From NCBI GenBank assembly GCA_040377305.1, contig JBEIPA010000015.1, forward strand, positions 1 to 64,000: a stretch of 64,000 nucleotides of DNA. Reading direction: 5' to 3'. The position numbers and the translations under genes are program-made. Within the stretch, counting starts at the first letter, position 1. Each line of letters begins with the position of its first letter. The notes beneath the pieces were generated by a model. That model had not been told where the DNA came from, made no database searches, and saw only the letters and a program-made list of their open reading frames with translations. Source of the stretch: Flavobacteriales bacterium. GTDB lineage: Bacteria; Bacteroidota; Bacteroidia; Palsa-965. Shown in pieces: positions 10,058 to 19,254 of the stretch.

Positions 10058-10513
10058 CTATCTCTTCATCGCATAAATCACAATATCATTCACCTGACTA
10101 ATCCCAATCTCCACATCGTCTTCCACTTTAAATTGGGAAGCCATGTCGGATGGTAAAGTCACCTTCTGGTTCGAGATGAACAGGGTGTTCTTTTCTTTGC
10201 CTTGAATCTTTCCGCGAATCACTTTCTTCTTCCACGCATTCGCAGCTTTACGATGTTGCACCACTTTTCCCACGAAAAGTCGGGCACAAAGCATCGCTCC
10301 TACAACGAGACCAAGGTTCATTGCACTGCGCAGATTATCGTTATCCAGTGCCCATGCAATCCAGTTCATGTTAACATAAATCGCAACACCGGACAGAATG
10401 ATAAACGGCACGCCATAAAAGAGCGCACTTTTTTTCAACGCAGTCGCTGTCATAGCACTAAGCTGATCGCGTTCGGTTATTGACAAATCTTCGAGGGAGA
10501 CCACTGGTTTCAT
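10058..10513 (-). CDS. Hypothetical two-TM membrane protein
   Basis: 151 aa; two hydrophobic helices and a basic beta-rich C-terminus; TATTTTTA box upstream. Confidence 0.7.
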   Translation of the reverse strand: MKPVVSLEDLSITERDQLSAMTATALKKSALFYGVPFIILSGVAIYVNMNWIAWALDNDNLRSAMNLGLVVGAMLCARLFVGKVVQHRKAANAWKKKVIRGKIQGKEKNTLFISNQKVTLPSDMASQFKVEDDVEIGISQVNDIVIYAMKR

Positions 10514-10518
10514 GAGGG

Positions 10519-10974
10519 ATAAAAATACGCATTCGGCTTAAATGGAACGCGGATTTCTTTGTGCGTTACTTGCTAGTACATCGCCCGGATGATTCCGGTA
10601 ACCATCAACTTTCAGTTATTGGATTTAATGAGATACGTTTGAGTTTATCTCATTAAATCCAAAGCCCTACACATGAACCTCACCCCGCTCATCCTGTCGA
10701 AGCGGGTAACAAACCTCGGGCATAAAAATCCGCATTCGGCTTAAATGGAAACGCGGATTTCTTTGTGCGTTACTTGCTAGGTTATCGCTCGGATGATCTC
10801 GGTAGACATCATCTTTCGGTTATTGGATTTCATGAGATACGTTTGAGTTTATCTCATTAAATCCAAAGACCTGCACCTGCACCTCACCGTACTCATCCTG
10901 TCGAAGCGCCTAACAAGCCTCGGACATAAAATCCGCGTTCCTTTATCAGCATCGGGCATAAAAATCCGCGTTCC
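10519..10974. repeat. Tandem ~203-bp structured direct repeat (2 copies plus 2 terminal fragments)
   Basis: Units 10519-10721 and 10722-10925 align throughout; 17-bp stem hairpins at 10619-10662 and 10823-10866. Confidence 0.92.
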
Positions 10975-11005
10975 ATTTTTCACGAATTCCCGCTACCTTC
11001 GGCTA

Positions 11006-11698
11006 GTGAAACGCATCACAATCGCCATCGACGGCTACTCATCCTGCGGCAAAAGTACGCTCGCAAAATCACTGGCTGTAAAGCTCGGGTACAGCTATGT
11101 CGATACGGGAGCAATGTATCGCTGCGTTACACTCTACGCGTTGCAACATGGCTTCATCAAAGACGGCAATATCTTCGAAGCGGAAGTCGTAAAATCACTA
11201 GACAGCATCATCCTCAGTTTTCAGTTCAACGCGCATCTCGGTACGAACGAAACGTTCATGAATGGACTCAGTGTGGAAAAAGAAATCCGCCAGATGGATG
11301 TTTCCAGTTTCGTTTCACCGGTGAGCAAAATCCACGACGTCCGTGTAAAAATGGTCGCTCTTCAACGTGAAATGGGTCGCACCAAAGGCGTGGTCATGGA
11401 CGGACGCGATGTAGGGACCAACGTTTTCCCCGACGCCGAACTGAAAATCTTCATGACTGCCGATCCCGATGTTCGCACACAACGTCGCCTCGATGAAATG
11501 AAAGCCAAAGGTCAGGTTGTTTCCCGTGATGATGTACGACGCAACCTCATGGAACGCGATTACGAAGACACACATCGCAAAGAAAATCCACTCATTCAGG
11601 CGCCGGATGCAGTCGTTCTCGACAATAGCGACATGACCCGCGAAGAGCAACTTCATTTCGTAATGTCGTTGGTACATGAGTTGCATTTGCAGGAGTGA
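11006..11698 (+). CDS. cmk: Cytidylate kinase
   Basis: IAIDGYSSCGKST, VDTGAMYR, VMDGRDVGT.VFPDA, ERD..D..R. Confidence 0.96.
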   Translation: MKRITIAIDGYSSCGKSTLAKSLAVKLGYSYVDTGAMYRCVTLYALQHGFIKDGNIFEAEVVKSLDSIILSFQFNAHLGTNETFMNGLSVEKEIRQMDVSSFVSPVSKIHDVRVKMVALQREMGRTKGVVMDGRDVGTNVFPDAELKIFMTADPDVRTQRRLDEMKAKGQVVSRDDVRRNLMERDYEDTHRKENPLIQAPDAVVLDNSDMTREEQLHFVMSLVHELHLQE

Positions 11699-12315
11699 AA
11701 ATGAAACAGCTAAGTGATTTTTATTACTTCTCAGAGCCAATGTTTGAAACGCCCTTCCGTGCGAATCTCGTTGAGCCGAAGAAATGGCAAGGTGTCGAGG
11801 ATTCAATAAATTCACATTTGATCAGGGCAGATTTCAAGAATATCAATTTCCCTTTAGTATTTACTCATGATGAGGGGTACAAACTGCTGGACCTCATTGG
11901 CACCACTTGGGCAGGATTATATTTGATTTCTGACAGAGCTAGAGATATTTTTCTGGAAAATAGATTTAGCGGATGGACTCATTATTCAATCGAATTGTAT
12001 GATGAAAAGGGAAGGGCAATTAGTGGATATTGTGGTCTGTCTGTATCAGGAAGATGTGGCCCGATCGATTTCTCTTCTGCCCCAACAATCCAGAAAAGAA
12101 TTGGCCCAACAACTCCGCTAACAAATTACTACGTTGGATTACCCATCGGATTGGATCAATGGGACGGTAGTGACTTCTTTCTACCAAGTGGTTCTTATCA
12201 TATAATCATTTCCAAAGCAGTTGCGAATGCGATCCTGAAGAACAAACTCAAGAATATAGAGTTGGAATGCTTGGCCGAAATCGAAACACCCCATTACGCG
12301 GTACCCAAGAAGTAA
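11695..12315 (+). CDS. Putative immunity protein (Imm11/Imm43, DUF1629-like)
   Basis: LISDRARDIF..SGW..Y.IEL, WDGSDFF, IIIS..V...I...KL pattern; AT-richer than its neighbours; GTGA overlap with cmk. Confidence 0.55.
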   Translation: MKMKQLSDFYYFSEPMFETPFRANLVEPKKWQGVEDSINSHLIRADFKNINFPLVFTHDEGYKLLDLIGTTWAGLYLISDRARDIFLENRFSGWTHYSIELYDEKGRAISGYCGLSVSGRCGPIDFSSAPTIQKRIGPTTPLTNYYVGLPIGLDQWDGSDFFLPSGSYHIIISKAVANAILKNKLKNIELECLAEIETPHYAVPKK

Positions 12316-12494
12316 GTTCAGTTTTGTCTGCTATTCGATCAAATCCCTCCCCAAATCGACCGAACTCCCTCATTTCCCGCATTCCCCATTCCACTTCCCG
12401 TTTTCCGCATCCCCTAATTGAGTACCTTTGCGCCGCCCTACCGGATCGTCTGTCTGGACGGGTCAAATTTAAACCGAGGGTATTAACACAACTT

Positions 12495-14507
12495 ATGAGT
12501 ACATTTTCTGAATTGGGTCTTCGACCTGAATTGGCTAAAGCTGTAGCCGAAATGGGGTTTGAAACGCCAACTCCAATACAATTACAAGCAATTCCTGTGC
12601 TGTTGCAACGTGCTTCTGACCTCGTGGGTCTTGCACAAACCGGAACAGGTAAGACAGCAGCTTTTGGTTTACCTGTGCTTGACGGTCTTGATCTTGATGA
12701 TCATTCACCGCAAGCAATTATTCTTTGTCCAACACGCGAACTGTGTATTCAGATCGCTGGTGACCTTAAGAACTATGCGAAACACCTCCGTGGAATCAAT
12801 ATTCTTCCGGTATATGGTGGTTCAAGCATCAGCCTGCAGATCAAAGAACTTAAGCGTGGTGTTCACGTAATCGTTGGAACTCCTGGTCGTGTGAATGACA
12901 TGATCGAGCGTGGTGCAATGAAACTCGGTGGCATTCGCACTGTGGTTCTTGATGAAGCAGATGAAATGCTGAACATGGGTTTCCGCGATGCAATCGACAC
13001 GATTCTTGCTGAAACTCCTGAAACAAAACTCACATGGCTTTTCTCTGCAACAATGCCGGAAGGTGTTGCGCGCATTTCGAAAAAGTACATGAACAATCCT
13101 GCAACAGTTTCTGTGAAAGGAACACATGTTGCAAACGAATCGATTTCGCATTTCTATACTGTAGTTCAGGCACGTGATCGTTATCCTGCATTGCGTCGTT
13201 TCATCGATGCACATCCGGGTATGTACGGTATCGTGTTCTGTCGTACAAAAGCAGAAACACAGGAAGTTGCCGATCATTTAGGTCGCGATGGATATCCGTC
13301 TGATGCGCTTCACGGGGATCTTTCTCAGGCACAACGCGATTATGTCATGAAACGTTTCCGCTCTCGTGTGGTAACCGTTCTCGTTGCTACGGACGTTGCA
13401 GCACGTGGACTTGACGTGGATGACGTAACACACGTATTCCATTATCAGGCTCCTGATGAACCGGAAAATTACACGCACCGCAGTGGTCGTACAGGTCGCG
13501 CGGGAAAAACCGGAGTTTCCATTCTCTTGCTTCATGCAAAAGAACAGGGCAAGCTTCGCGATATCGAACGTGCTACAAAATCAAAACTGACTTTCCTTGC
13601 CGTTCCTTCGGGAGATGATGCAATGAAAAATCAGGTTCTTGCTTTTGCAAAACGCATTGTCGATTTCCCGGAAGACAAAACACTGGATACAAAATACCTC
13701 GAGTTGATGGAAGAAGGCATGCAGGGATTAACTCCCGGTGATGCACTTCGTCGTCTCGTATCGATGCAGATGCAGAACGCAATTGCACAACTCAAGCACA
13801 GCGATCTGAACGCACCTGCAAAAGGTGAGAAGCGTGAGCGTCGTCCTGAGATTGATGGCGAACAGATCAACTGGTTTGTTTCTGTTGGTCGTATCGATGG
13901 ATTAGAGCCTAGCGATCTTCTTAAACTATTCTGCGAAAAACTAGGTGTTGGTCGCGAACACGTTGGAAGAATTGATCTCAAGAATAACTTCTCATTTGTG
14001 CAGACAATCGCATTGAATCAGAAACAAGTTGAAGATGCATTCCGCGATGTGAATCTGAACGGACGTGATGTACGCGTAAACGTTTCTGAAAACACAGGTG
14101 GAACTGGCGGTGGTGCCGGACGTCGTCGTGATGATGGAGAAAGAAGCGGGGGCGGTGAACGTCGTGGCAGCTACGGAAAATCTTCATTCGGTGAGAGAAA
14201 GTCTTACGGTGATCGCGATCGCGGTGAACGCAAATCGTACGGTGGCGGAGAACGCAAATCATACGGCGAGAAGAAATCTTTCGGCAGTGATCGTGGTGAG
14301 CGCAAGTCTTATGGCGACAAACCATCTTTCGGTGCGAAAAAATCATTCGGAAAATCTTACGGTGAGAAATCACGCGCAAGTTCGGATGATAAGCCAAGAG
14401 AATTCGGCGGCAAAACCGGAAAGCCGGAAGGCGCTGAAGGTTGGAAGTCGTTGATGGATAGCGGCGGCGACGATCGCAAAAAGAAGTTCGTTAAGAAGAA
14501 GTGGTAA
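12495..14507 (+). CDS. DEAD-box RNA helicase with DbpA-type RNA-binding domain and RG/KSY-rich tail
   Basis: Q motif, AQTGTGKT, PTREL, TPGR, DEAD, SAT, HRSGRTGRAG; start at MSTFSELG (12495) downstream of TACCTTTG 12423-12430. Confidence 0.95.
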   Translation: MSTFSELGLRPELAKAVAEMGFETPTPIQLQAIPVLLQRASDLVGLAQTGTGKTAAFGLPVLDGLDLDDHSPQAIILCPTRELCIQIAGDLKNYAKHLRGINILPVYGGSSISLQIKELKRGVHVIVGTPGRVNDMIERGAMKLGGIRTVVLDEADEMLNMGFRDAIDTILAETPETKLTWLFSATMPEGVARISKKYMNNPATVSVKGTHVANESISHFYTVVQARDRYPALRRFIDAHPGMYGIVFCRTKAETQEVADHLGRDGYPSDALHGDLSQAQRDYVMKRFRSRVVTVLVATDVAARGLDVDDVTHVFHYQAPDEPENYTHRSGRTGRAGKTGVSILLLHAKEQGKLRDIERATKSKLTFLAVPSGDDAMKNQVLAFAKRIVDFPEDKTLDTKYLELMEEGMQGLTPGDALRRLVSMQMQNAIAQLKHSDLNAPAKGEKRERRPEIDGEQINWFVSVGRIDGLEPSDLLKLFCEKLGVGREHVGRIDLKNNFSFVQTIALNQKQVEDAFRDVNLNGRDVRVNVSENTGGTGGGAGRRRDDGERSGGGERRGSYGKSSFGERKSYGDRDRGERKSYGGGERKSYGEKKSFGSDRGERKSYGDKPSFGAKKSFGKSYGEKSRASSDDKPREFGGKTGKPEGAEGWKSLMDSGGDDRKKKFVKKKW

Positions 14508-14514
14508 TTAAGAA

Positions 14515-14669
14515 TTCGAGATTTGAAATTTGATGATTTGAAAATTCTGGTTGGTACGATCCTACTGGGTGTGTGCCAATCAGAATTTTAAATTTTCACA
14601 CGGAATTTAGTAGGGTTCAAATCTTCAAATCTTCAAATTTCGAATCTTCAAATTTTCGAATCTTCAAAT
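14515..14669. repeat. Inverted pair of degenerate 8-mer arrays (GATTTGAA / CTTCAAAT)n
   Basis: Visible directly between convergent genes. Confidence 0.8.
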
Positions 14670-14680
14670 GTCCGTTGCTT

Positions 14681-15205
14681 CTAACGGATAGACTTAATCA
14701 TACCGTAAAGCTGTTCGAGCCTGGCAGAATCGTTCGAATAACACCACGAATGAATTTTCTCCTGTGGTCCTAAATCAAGATATACTTCGCGCTGCACATA
14801 TGTTGCGGTGGTGTATTCTCTCCAGTTTGCCGTATCGCCCATAAAGGCATCGCGAAATTCCCGACGTGTGTATTCCTGTGCTCTCGGTGCAGAAGTGTCG
14901 GGAGCCGATCCGAAATAAATTCCTCCTTCATGTTCACTCAGCGATGTGTCTTCCGCCTGGAAGTAATAGACAACAAAATCCGCTCCTTGCTGCTTCTCGA
15001 CTTTATATCCCGGGAGTAAATCTACCTCGAAAGGAAGTGGATCATCAACAGGAGGCTGTGTAACGGTCGTATCTTTTTTCGCTTTGTCTTCTTCTGTTCC
15101 GCATGAAGCTGTGAACAACGAAAGTGTAAGAACACCGAACAACGCTACACCGAGAACCGGGAACGTTCTCCTGAGCGGAGTCGAAGGGCGAGCACTGAGA
15201 ACCAT
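14681..15205 (-). CDS. Hypothetical lipoprotein
   Basis: Lipobox TASC followed by acidic residues; TAATG overlap with the DoxX gene. Confidence 0.75.
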   Translation of the reverse strand: MVLSARPSTPLRRTFPVLGVALFGVLTLSLFTASCGTEEDKAKKDTTVTQPPVDDPLPFEVDLLPGYKVEKQQGADFVVYYFQAEDTSLSEHEGGIYFGSAPDTSAPRAQEYTRREFRDAFMGDTANWREYTTATYVQREVYLDLGPQEKIHSWCYSNDSARLEQLYGMIKSIR

Positions 15206-15624
15206 TAGAAGCGGGAATTTTTCCGAAGATAATTATCCGCTGAGAATCTTCCACCGCCTAAAAAGAAGATGGCCACATAAAGCATCAGATAACCCAAAGC
15301 ACCTTCACGGTCACCAATCCCGTCGTTTGAGTGAACCAGGAAAGCGGCAACACCCATGCAAATGATCAAAGGAATAGTTGCAACCCGCGTGAAGAGCCCG
15401 AGAACGACAAACGCTGTACAGAACACTTCTGCAAAAACCGTGAGTGCAAGTGATCCCGACATGCCAAGGCCAATCGGGTCGGCAAATGCGGCAGACTTCT
15501 CTGAGAAGTTCATCATCTTGGGCCAGCCATGAAGCAACATTAGTGCGGCAGAAAGTCGGAGAGCAAGTGAAGCCCAGTTGCGACTGTTATCGGCTTGGAG
15601 AAATTTGAGTCCTGTGTATGACAT
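15205..15624 (-). CDS. DoxX family membrane protein
   Basis: LRL..ALML.HG.PK, FADPIG.G, FAE, GLFTR, GGGRFS.D. Confidence 0.9.
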   Translation of the reverse strand: MSYTGLKFLQADNSRNWASLALRLSAALMLLHGWPKMMNFSEKSAAFADPIGLGMSGSLALTVFAEVFCTAFVVLGLFTRVATIPLIICMGVAAFLVHSNDGIGDREGALGYLMLYVAIFFLGGGRFSADNYLRKNSRF

Positions 15625-15667
15625 AAATGGGATTCTACGTATTGTTTGCAGTTAGAAGTTGGCAGTA

Positions 15668-15964
15668 CTATTGTCTTTTACGTGTGCGCTTAGTGGGATG
15701 TTGCTTATTGTGAATCAGTGAAAGTACAACCACTTCGTGTGCATACACCTTATACATGATTAAATATGGAAATCCAGGTAATCTACCCTGTCGAATATTT
15801 TTCCGGTAGAGCGATGCAGCCTGAGGGTATGCCAATAAATGAGCGCAATGTTCATGCCATGTGTCTAGAAAACGTTCTCCTAAGCCAGGCAAGGCTTGCT
15901 CATAATTTATGTAGGCCTCATGTAGATCTGCAATTACCGAGTCCAATAAGATCAGACTGCGCAT
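15668..15964 (-). CDS. Type II TA toxin, RelE/ParE family
   Basis: DL.EAY..YE...PGLG.RF, FPYLI.Y, V.....H..Q.P signature. Confidence 0.85.
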   Translation of the reverse strand: MRSLILLDSVIADLHEAYINYEQALPGLGERFLDTWHEHCAHLLAYPQAASLYRKNIRQGRLPGFPYLIMYKVYAHEVVVLSLIHNKQHPTKRTRKRQ

Positions 15965-16359
15965 TATTTTTTGGATATCCGACGACGCAGTTCAACTTTC
16001 GCTGCTGCCGCGGTGAAAGACTTGCCTTTACCGGATTCGTATTCTGTAATACGTCTTTCGAGTTCTGCTTCATTGGCTGAAGAGAGCTTGACAATGCGAC
16101 TTCGACTCGTTAAATCCAAACCTCGTTTTTTCTTCGGAATACCATATGCAACCACGGGTTCCGCTACCGAAAGTGACTTCGACTTAGCAGACTTGTACGC
16201 TTTCGCAATCTTTCTAAGTTCGGCCTTCAATTCCTTCTCTTCTACACCATCGTCTGGCGCAATGGATTCCCACAGAATTGAATAAATCATTTTCAGAGTG
16301 CGCCGGTCTACAATTTTCAGTCCCTGGATAATTGCCTTTCGAAGTTCTGCTGTTGTCAT
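15964..16359 (-). CDS. Putative antitoxin (addiction module component-like)
   Basis: MTT.ELR start; AELERR..EYESGK.KS motif; overlaps the toxin start. Confidence 0.7.
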   Translation of the reverse strand: MTTAELRKAIIQGLKIVDRRTLKMIYSILWESIAPDDGVEEKELKAELRKIAKAYKSAKSKSLSVAEPVVAYGIPKKKRGLDLTSRSRIVKLSSANEAELERRITEYESGKGKSFTAAAAKVELRRRISKK

Positions 16360-16381
16360 TTTTCAAAGATAAACAATATAT

Positions 16382-17611
16382 TTAAATATTATCTCCAATC
16401 TGTGAAATAACCAACTCCGTAGACTTTGCCTCCGGGAAATAACTGAGAATTTTCTGTAGCACACGATCCACAACACTATCGGGACAACTTGCCCCGCTGG
16501 TTAGAATGATTTTCGCCGGTTGTGAAGTTGGTAACCAACCCGGACTTGTTTTCAATTGATGCATGTGAAGGTCAAAGTGCTGAATTTCTTCCCGCGAAAT
16601 AATCTCTGAATCATCCTTAATGAAGTATGTCGGAAACTTACGCTCGCACAACTCTACAATATGCGATGTGTTTGAGCTGTTGTAGCCTCCAACAACAATC
16701 GCAATGTCCGCATCTTGTTCGAGCAGACCGTATGTGGCATCCTGATTTTCATTCGTTGCGTAGCAAAGCGTGTCGCGCGTATCTGCAAAGTGTTGTTTGA
16801 TATTCGCTTCCCCGTATTTTTCCTTCATCAGATCGCGGAAGTAATCGGCGATTTCCTGAGTCTCACTCGCAAGCATGGTTGTCTGATTGATGACACCAAC
16901 ACGTTCCAAATGTTTGGCGGCATCAAATCCTTTGCTCACGCGATCACCGAATTTAGCAGTGAATTCTTCCAGCGAAATTTCTCCGCGAATGAACGCACCC
17001 ACTTGTCGCGATTCTGCAATGTCTTTCACTACCAGCACCGGACTCTCATCCACGCTATGTGAAAATGTAGCACGCGTTTCTTCGTGATTCGGTTTGCCGT
17101 GGATGATGATGGTGTATTCGCCTTTGCCAAGTGATGCCGACTTCTTCCATACGCGTTCCACAAACGGACACGTCGTATTGTACTTCTGCGGCTCGATTCC
17201 CAGTGAACGCAGCTTCGTTTCAATATCGAGCGTAGTTCCGAATGCAGGAATCACGACAATATCTTCAGGCTTCAATTCTTCCCAGGGAATGATTTGATTA
17301 CCCGAAGTGTCCATCAGAAATTTCACACCGCGGGAAATCAAATCGTTATTCACTTCCGGGTTGTGAATCATCTGGCTGAGCAGAAAAATTCGTTTGCCCG
17401 GATTTTCTTCAATCGCGCGAAAAGAAATCTCCACGGCGTTCTCAACACCGTAACAAAATCCAAAGTGGCGTGCGATGAAAATTTGCACCGGACCAAAATC
17501 CAACAGCGTAGGGGAGTTGTCGCCTTTCTTCGGATCACCAGCTTTGCGAATAGCTTTTATCCTCGAGATTATCGGGCTGCGGTAGAATTCGGGTATGTTG
17601 AAACTCTTCAT
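16382..17611 (-). CDS. ispH: 4-hydroxy-3-methylbut-2-enyl diphosphate reductase
   Basis: FGFCYGV, TTCPFV, HEE, QTT, DTLCYAT..Q, SSNT, SGASCP. Confidence 0.95.
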   Translation of the reverse strand: MKSFNIPEFYRSPIISRIKAIRKAGDPKKGDNSPTLLDFGPVQIFIARHFGFCYGVENAVEISFRAIEENPGKRIFLLSQMIHNPEVNNDLISRGVKFLMDTSGNQIIPWEELKPEDIVVIPAFGTTLDIETKLRSLGIEPQKYNTTCPFVERVWKKSASLGKGEYTIIIHGKPNHEETRATFSHSVDESPVLVVKDIAESRQVGAFIRGEISLEEFTAKFGDRVSKGFDAAKHLERVGVINQTTMLASETQEIADYFRDLMKEKYGEANIKQHFADTRDTLCYATNENQDATYGLLEQDADIAIVVGGYNSSNTSHIVELCERKFPTYFIKDDSEIISREEIQHFDLHMHQLKTSPGWLPTSQPAKIILTSGASCPDSVVDRVLQKILSYFPEAKSTELVISQIGDNI

Positions 17612-17648
17612 AGTGTGGTGTCAGGATCGTATCCTTAGTCGGCTATTT

Positions 17649-17752
17649 GTAGTTTGTCAGACTGAGCGGAGTCGAAGGCGACAAATTGCAGCTTGTCAGA
17701 CTGAGCACTACGACTTCGCTCAGTATAGACTCCGTCGAAGGCGACAAACTAC
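17649..17752. repeat. REP-like cluster (CTGAGCGGAGTCGAAGG family)
   Basis: Two TTGTCAGACTGAGC..GTCGAAGGCGACAAA units; the same 17-mer occurs at 15171-15187. Confidence 0.8.
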
Positions 17753-19155
17753 AATCCATACTTATCAATCAAATACACCAACGCCGTCATTCCGCCCGCA
17801 CCCAGGTGCAACTCGCGCTTGTTCACTTTGTCGAACGTATCAATTTCGGTATGGTGATAATCGAAGTAACGTTGCGAATCTGGTTCTAAACCGAACAACG
17901 GTGTTCCGCTGGCTCTCAGATCATCAATGTCTGCACCGCCGCCACTGCTGGTGAAATCGTAAATGCCGTAGCGAAAGAATAGGGGAGCCCACGATTGCAC
18001 TTTTGCTTTTTGTTCCGGTGTTCCTGTAATTCCGAATCCGCGTGGAGTAAATCCTCCGGCATCTGATTCTATTGCAGCGATATGTTTGATTTTGTTGTCG
18101 GTCGAGTATTTCGCGTAAGCTTCACCACCGCGACCACCGTTTTCTTCGTTCATCCACATCACGGCACGAATGGTGTGTTTCGGTTTAATGTTGAGCGCCT
18201 TGAACGCACGAAGCACTTCAATAGCTTGTACGCAACCAGAACCATCATCGTGTGCGCCCGGACTTAAATCCCACGCATCGAGATGCCCACCGAAAACAAT
18301 TACTTCTTCCGGATGCTCGCTGCCTCTGATTTCACCAATGACGTTGTACGATTTGGTATCTGCGTACCACTGGCAATTCATCGTCATGTTGAACTCAACT
18401 TTTGCTCCTGAAGCAAGTTGTTTGTGCATTTCTTCTGCATCAACAGTTGAAAGTGCTGCCGAAGGAATTTTCGCGGCGAGAGAATCGGAACGCATTACAC
18501 CGGTGTGCGGAAATGTATCGAGCGAGGAAGACATGGAACGAACAAGTACAGCAACTGCACCATACGTTTCCGCAATGTGCGGACCCGCCCAGCGATAACC
18601 AACCGCTTCACCGTATGCATCAAACATGGATGCTTTACGCTGATCGAACGGATGATTGAAGAAGACGATTTTGCCCTGAATTTTTTTCTTGCCGAGATCT
18701 TCCAGTTCTTTAAAATCGGAAACTTCAATGACTTCCGCAGTCAAACCATCGGATGGGGTAGAAACCGATCCACCGAGCGCACAAATGTTCGCATGCGTAG
18801 ATTTACCATTCACAATCATGGAGCCTTCTTCAGGTGTTCCGCGCTCCCAATGTGGAACCATACATTCCTGCAACCACACCGAATCCAGACCCATAGATTT
18901 CATCATACGGAAGGTGACATCAACAGCAGTTTGCGCTCCTGCCGATCCGCTCAAACGTTTTGGTGCTTCGGTACAAAGCGTGCGCAGATTGTCGTACGCT
19001 TTTCCATTCACCAAAACTTCCTCGAAAATTTTGGTCACAGCAATTGAATCGCTGTCTTTCGATGATACTGTTACCTGCGTTGGTTTATCCTTGAACGCAG
19101 AAGCAACAAAGATGCCCGCAACAAGTACGAAGAGAATGGTGATTTGCTTTTTCAT
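17749..19155 (-). CDS. M28 family peptidase (carboxypeptidase Q-like)
   Basis: Signal peptide, PA-like insert, GGHLDAWD, GAHDDG.G, NEENG, ESDAG, YHHT. Confidence 0.9.
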   Translation of the reverse strand: MKKQITILFVLVAGIFVASAFKDKPTQVTVSSKDSDSIAVTKIFEEVLVNGKAYDNLRTLCTEAPKRLSGSAGAQTAVDVTFRMMKSMGLDSVWLQECMVPHWERGTPEEGSMIVNGKSTHANICALGGSVSTPSDGLTAEVIEVSDFKELEDLGKKKIQGKIVFFNHPFDQRKASMFDAYGEAVGYRWAGPHIAETYGAVAVLVRSMSSSLDTFPHTGVMRSDSLAAKIPSAALSTVDAEEMHKQLASGAKVEFNMTMNCQWYADTKSYNVIGEIRGSEHPEEVIVFGGHLDAWDLSPGAHDDGSGCVQAIEVLRAFKALNIKPKHTIRAVMWMNEENGGRGGEAYAKYSTDNKIKHIAAIESDAGGFTPRGFGITGTPEQKAKVQSWAPLFFRYGIYDFTSSGGGADIDDLRASGTPLFGLEPDSQRYFDYHHTEIDTFDKVNKRELHLGAGGMTALVYLIDKYGL

Positions 19156-19254
19156 AGGGAACCCTAAAGGTACTAAACAGTAGGCAGTTCACCAGTAGTG
19201 CAGTTGGCAGTAAGTATAGCGTCTTGACTGCCTACTGCCCTACAGCTCTACTGC

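Noticed and set aside
10519-10974. CRISPR array or small peptide genes in the tandem repeat
   Set aside because: Whole units are homologous (no unique spacers), no cas genes are present, and reading frames are not conserved between copies
12267-12494. N-terminal extension of the DEAD helicase in the ORF track
   Set aside because: It translates a heptamer array and promoter; the real start is probably 12495
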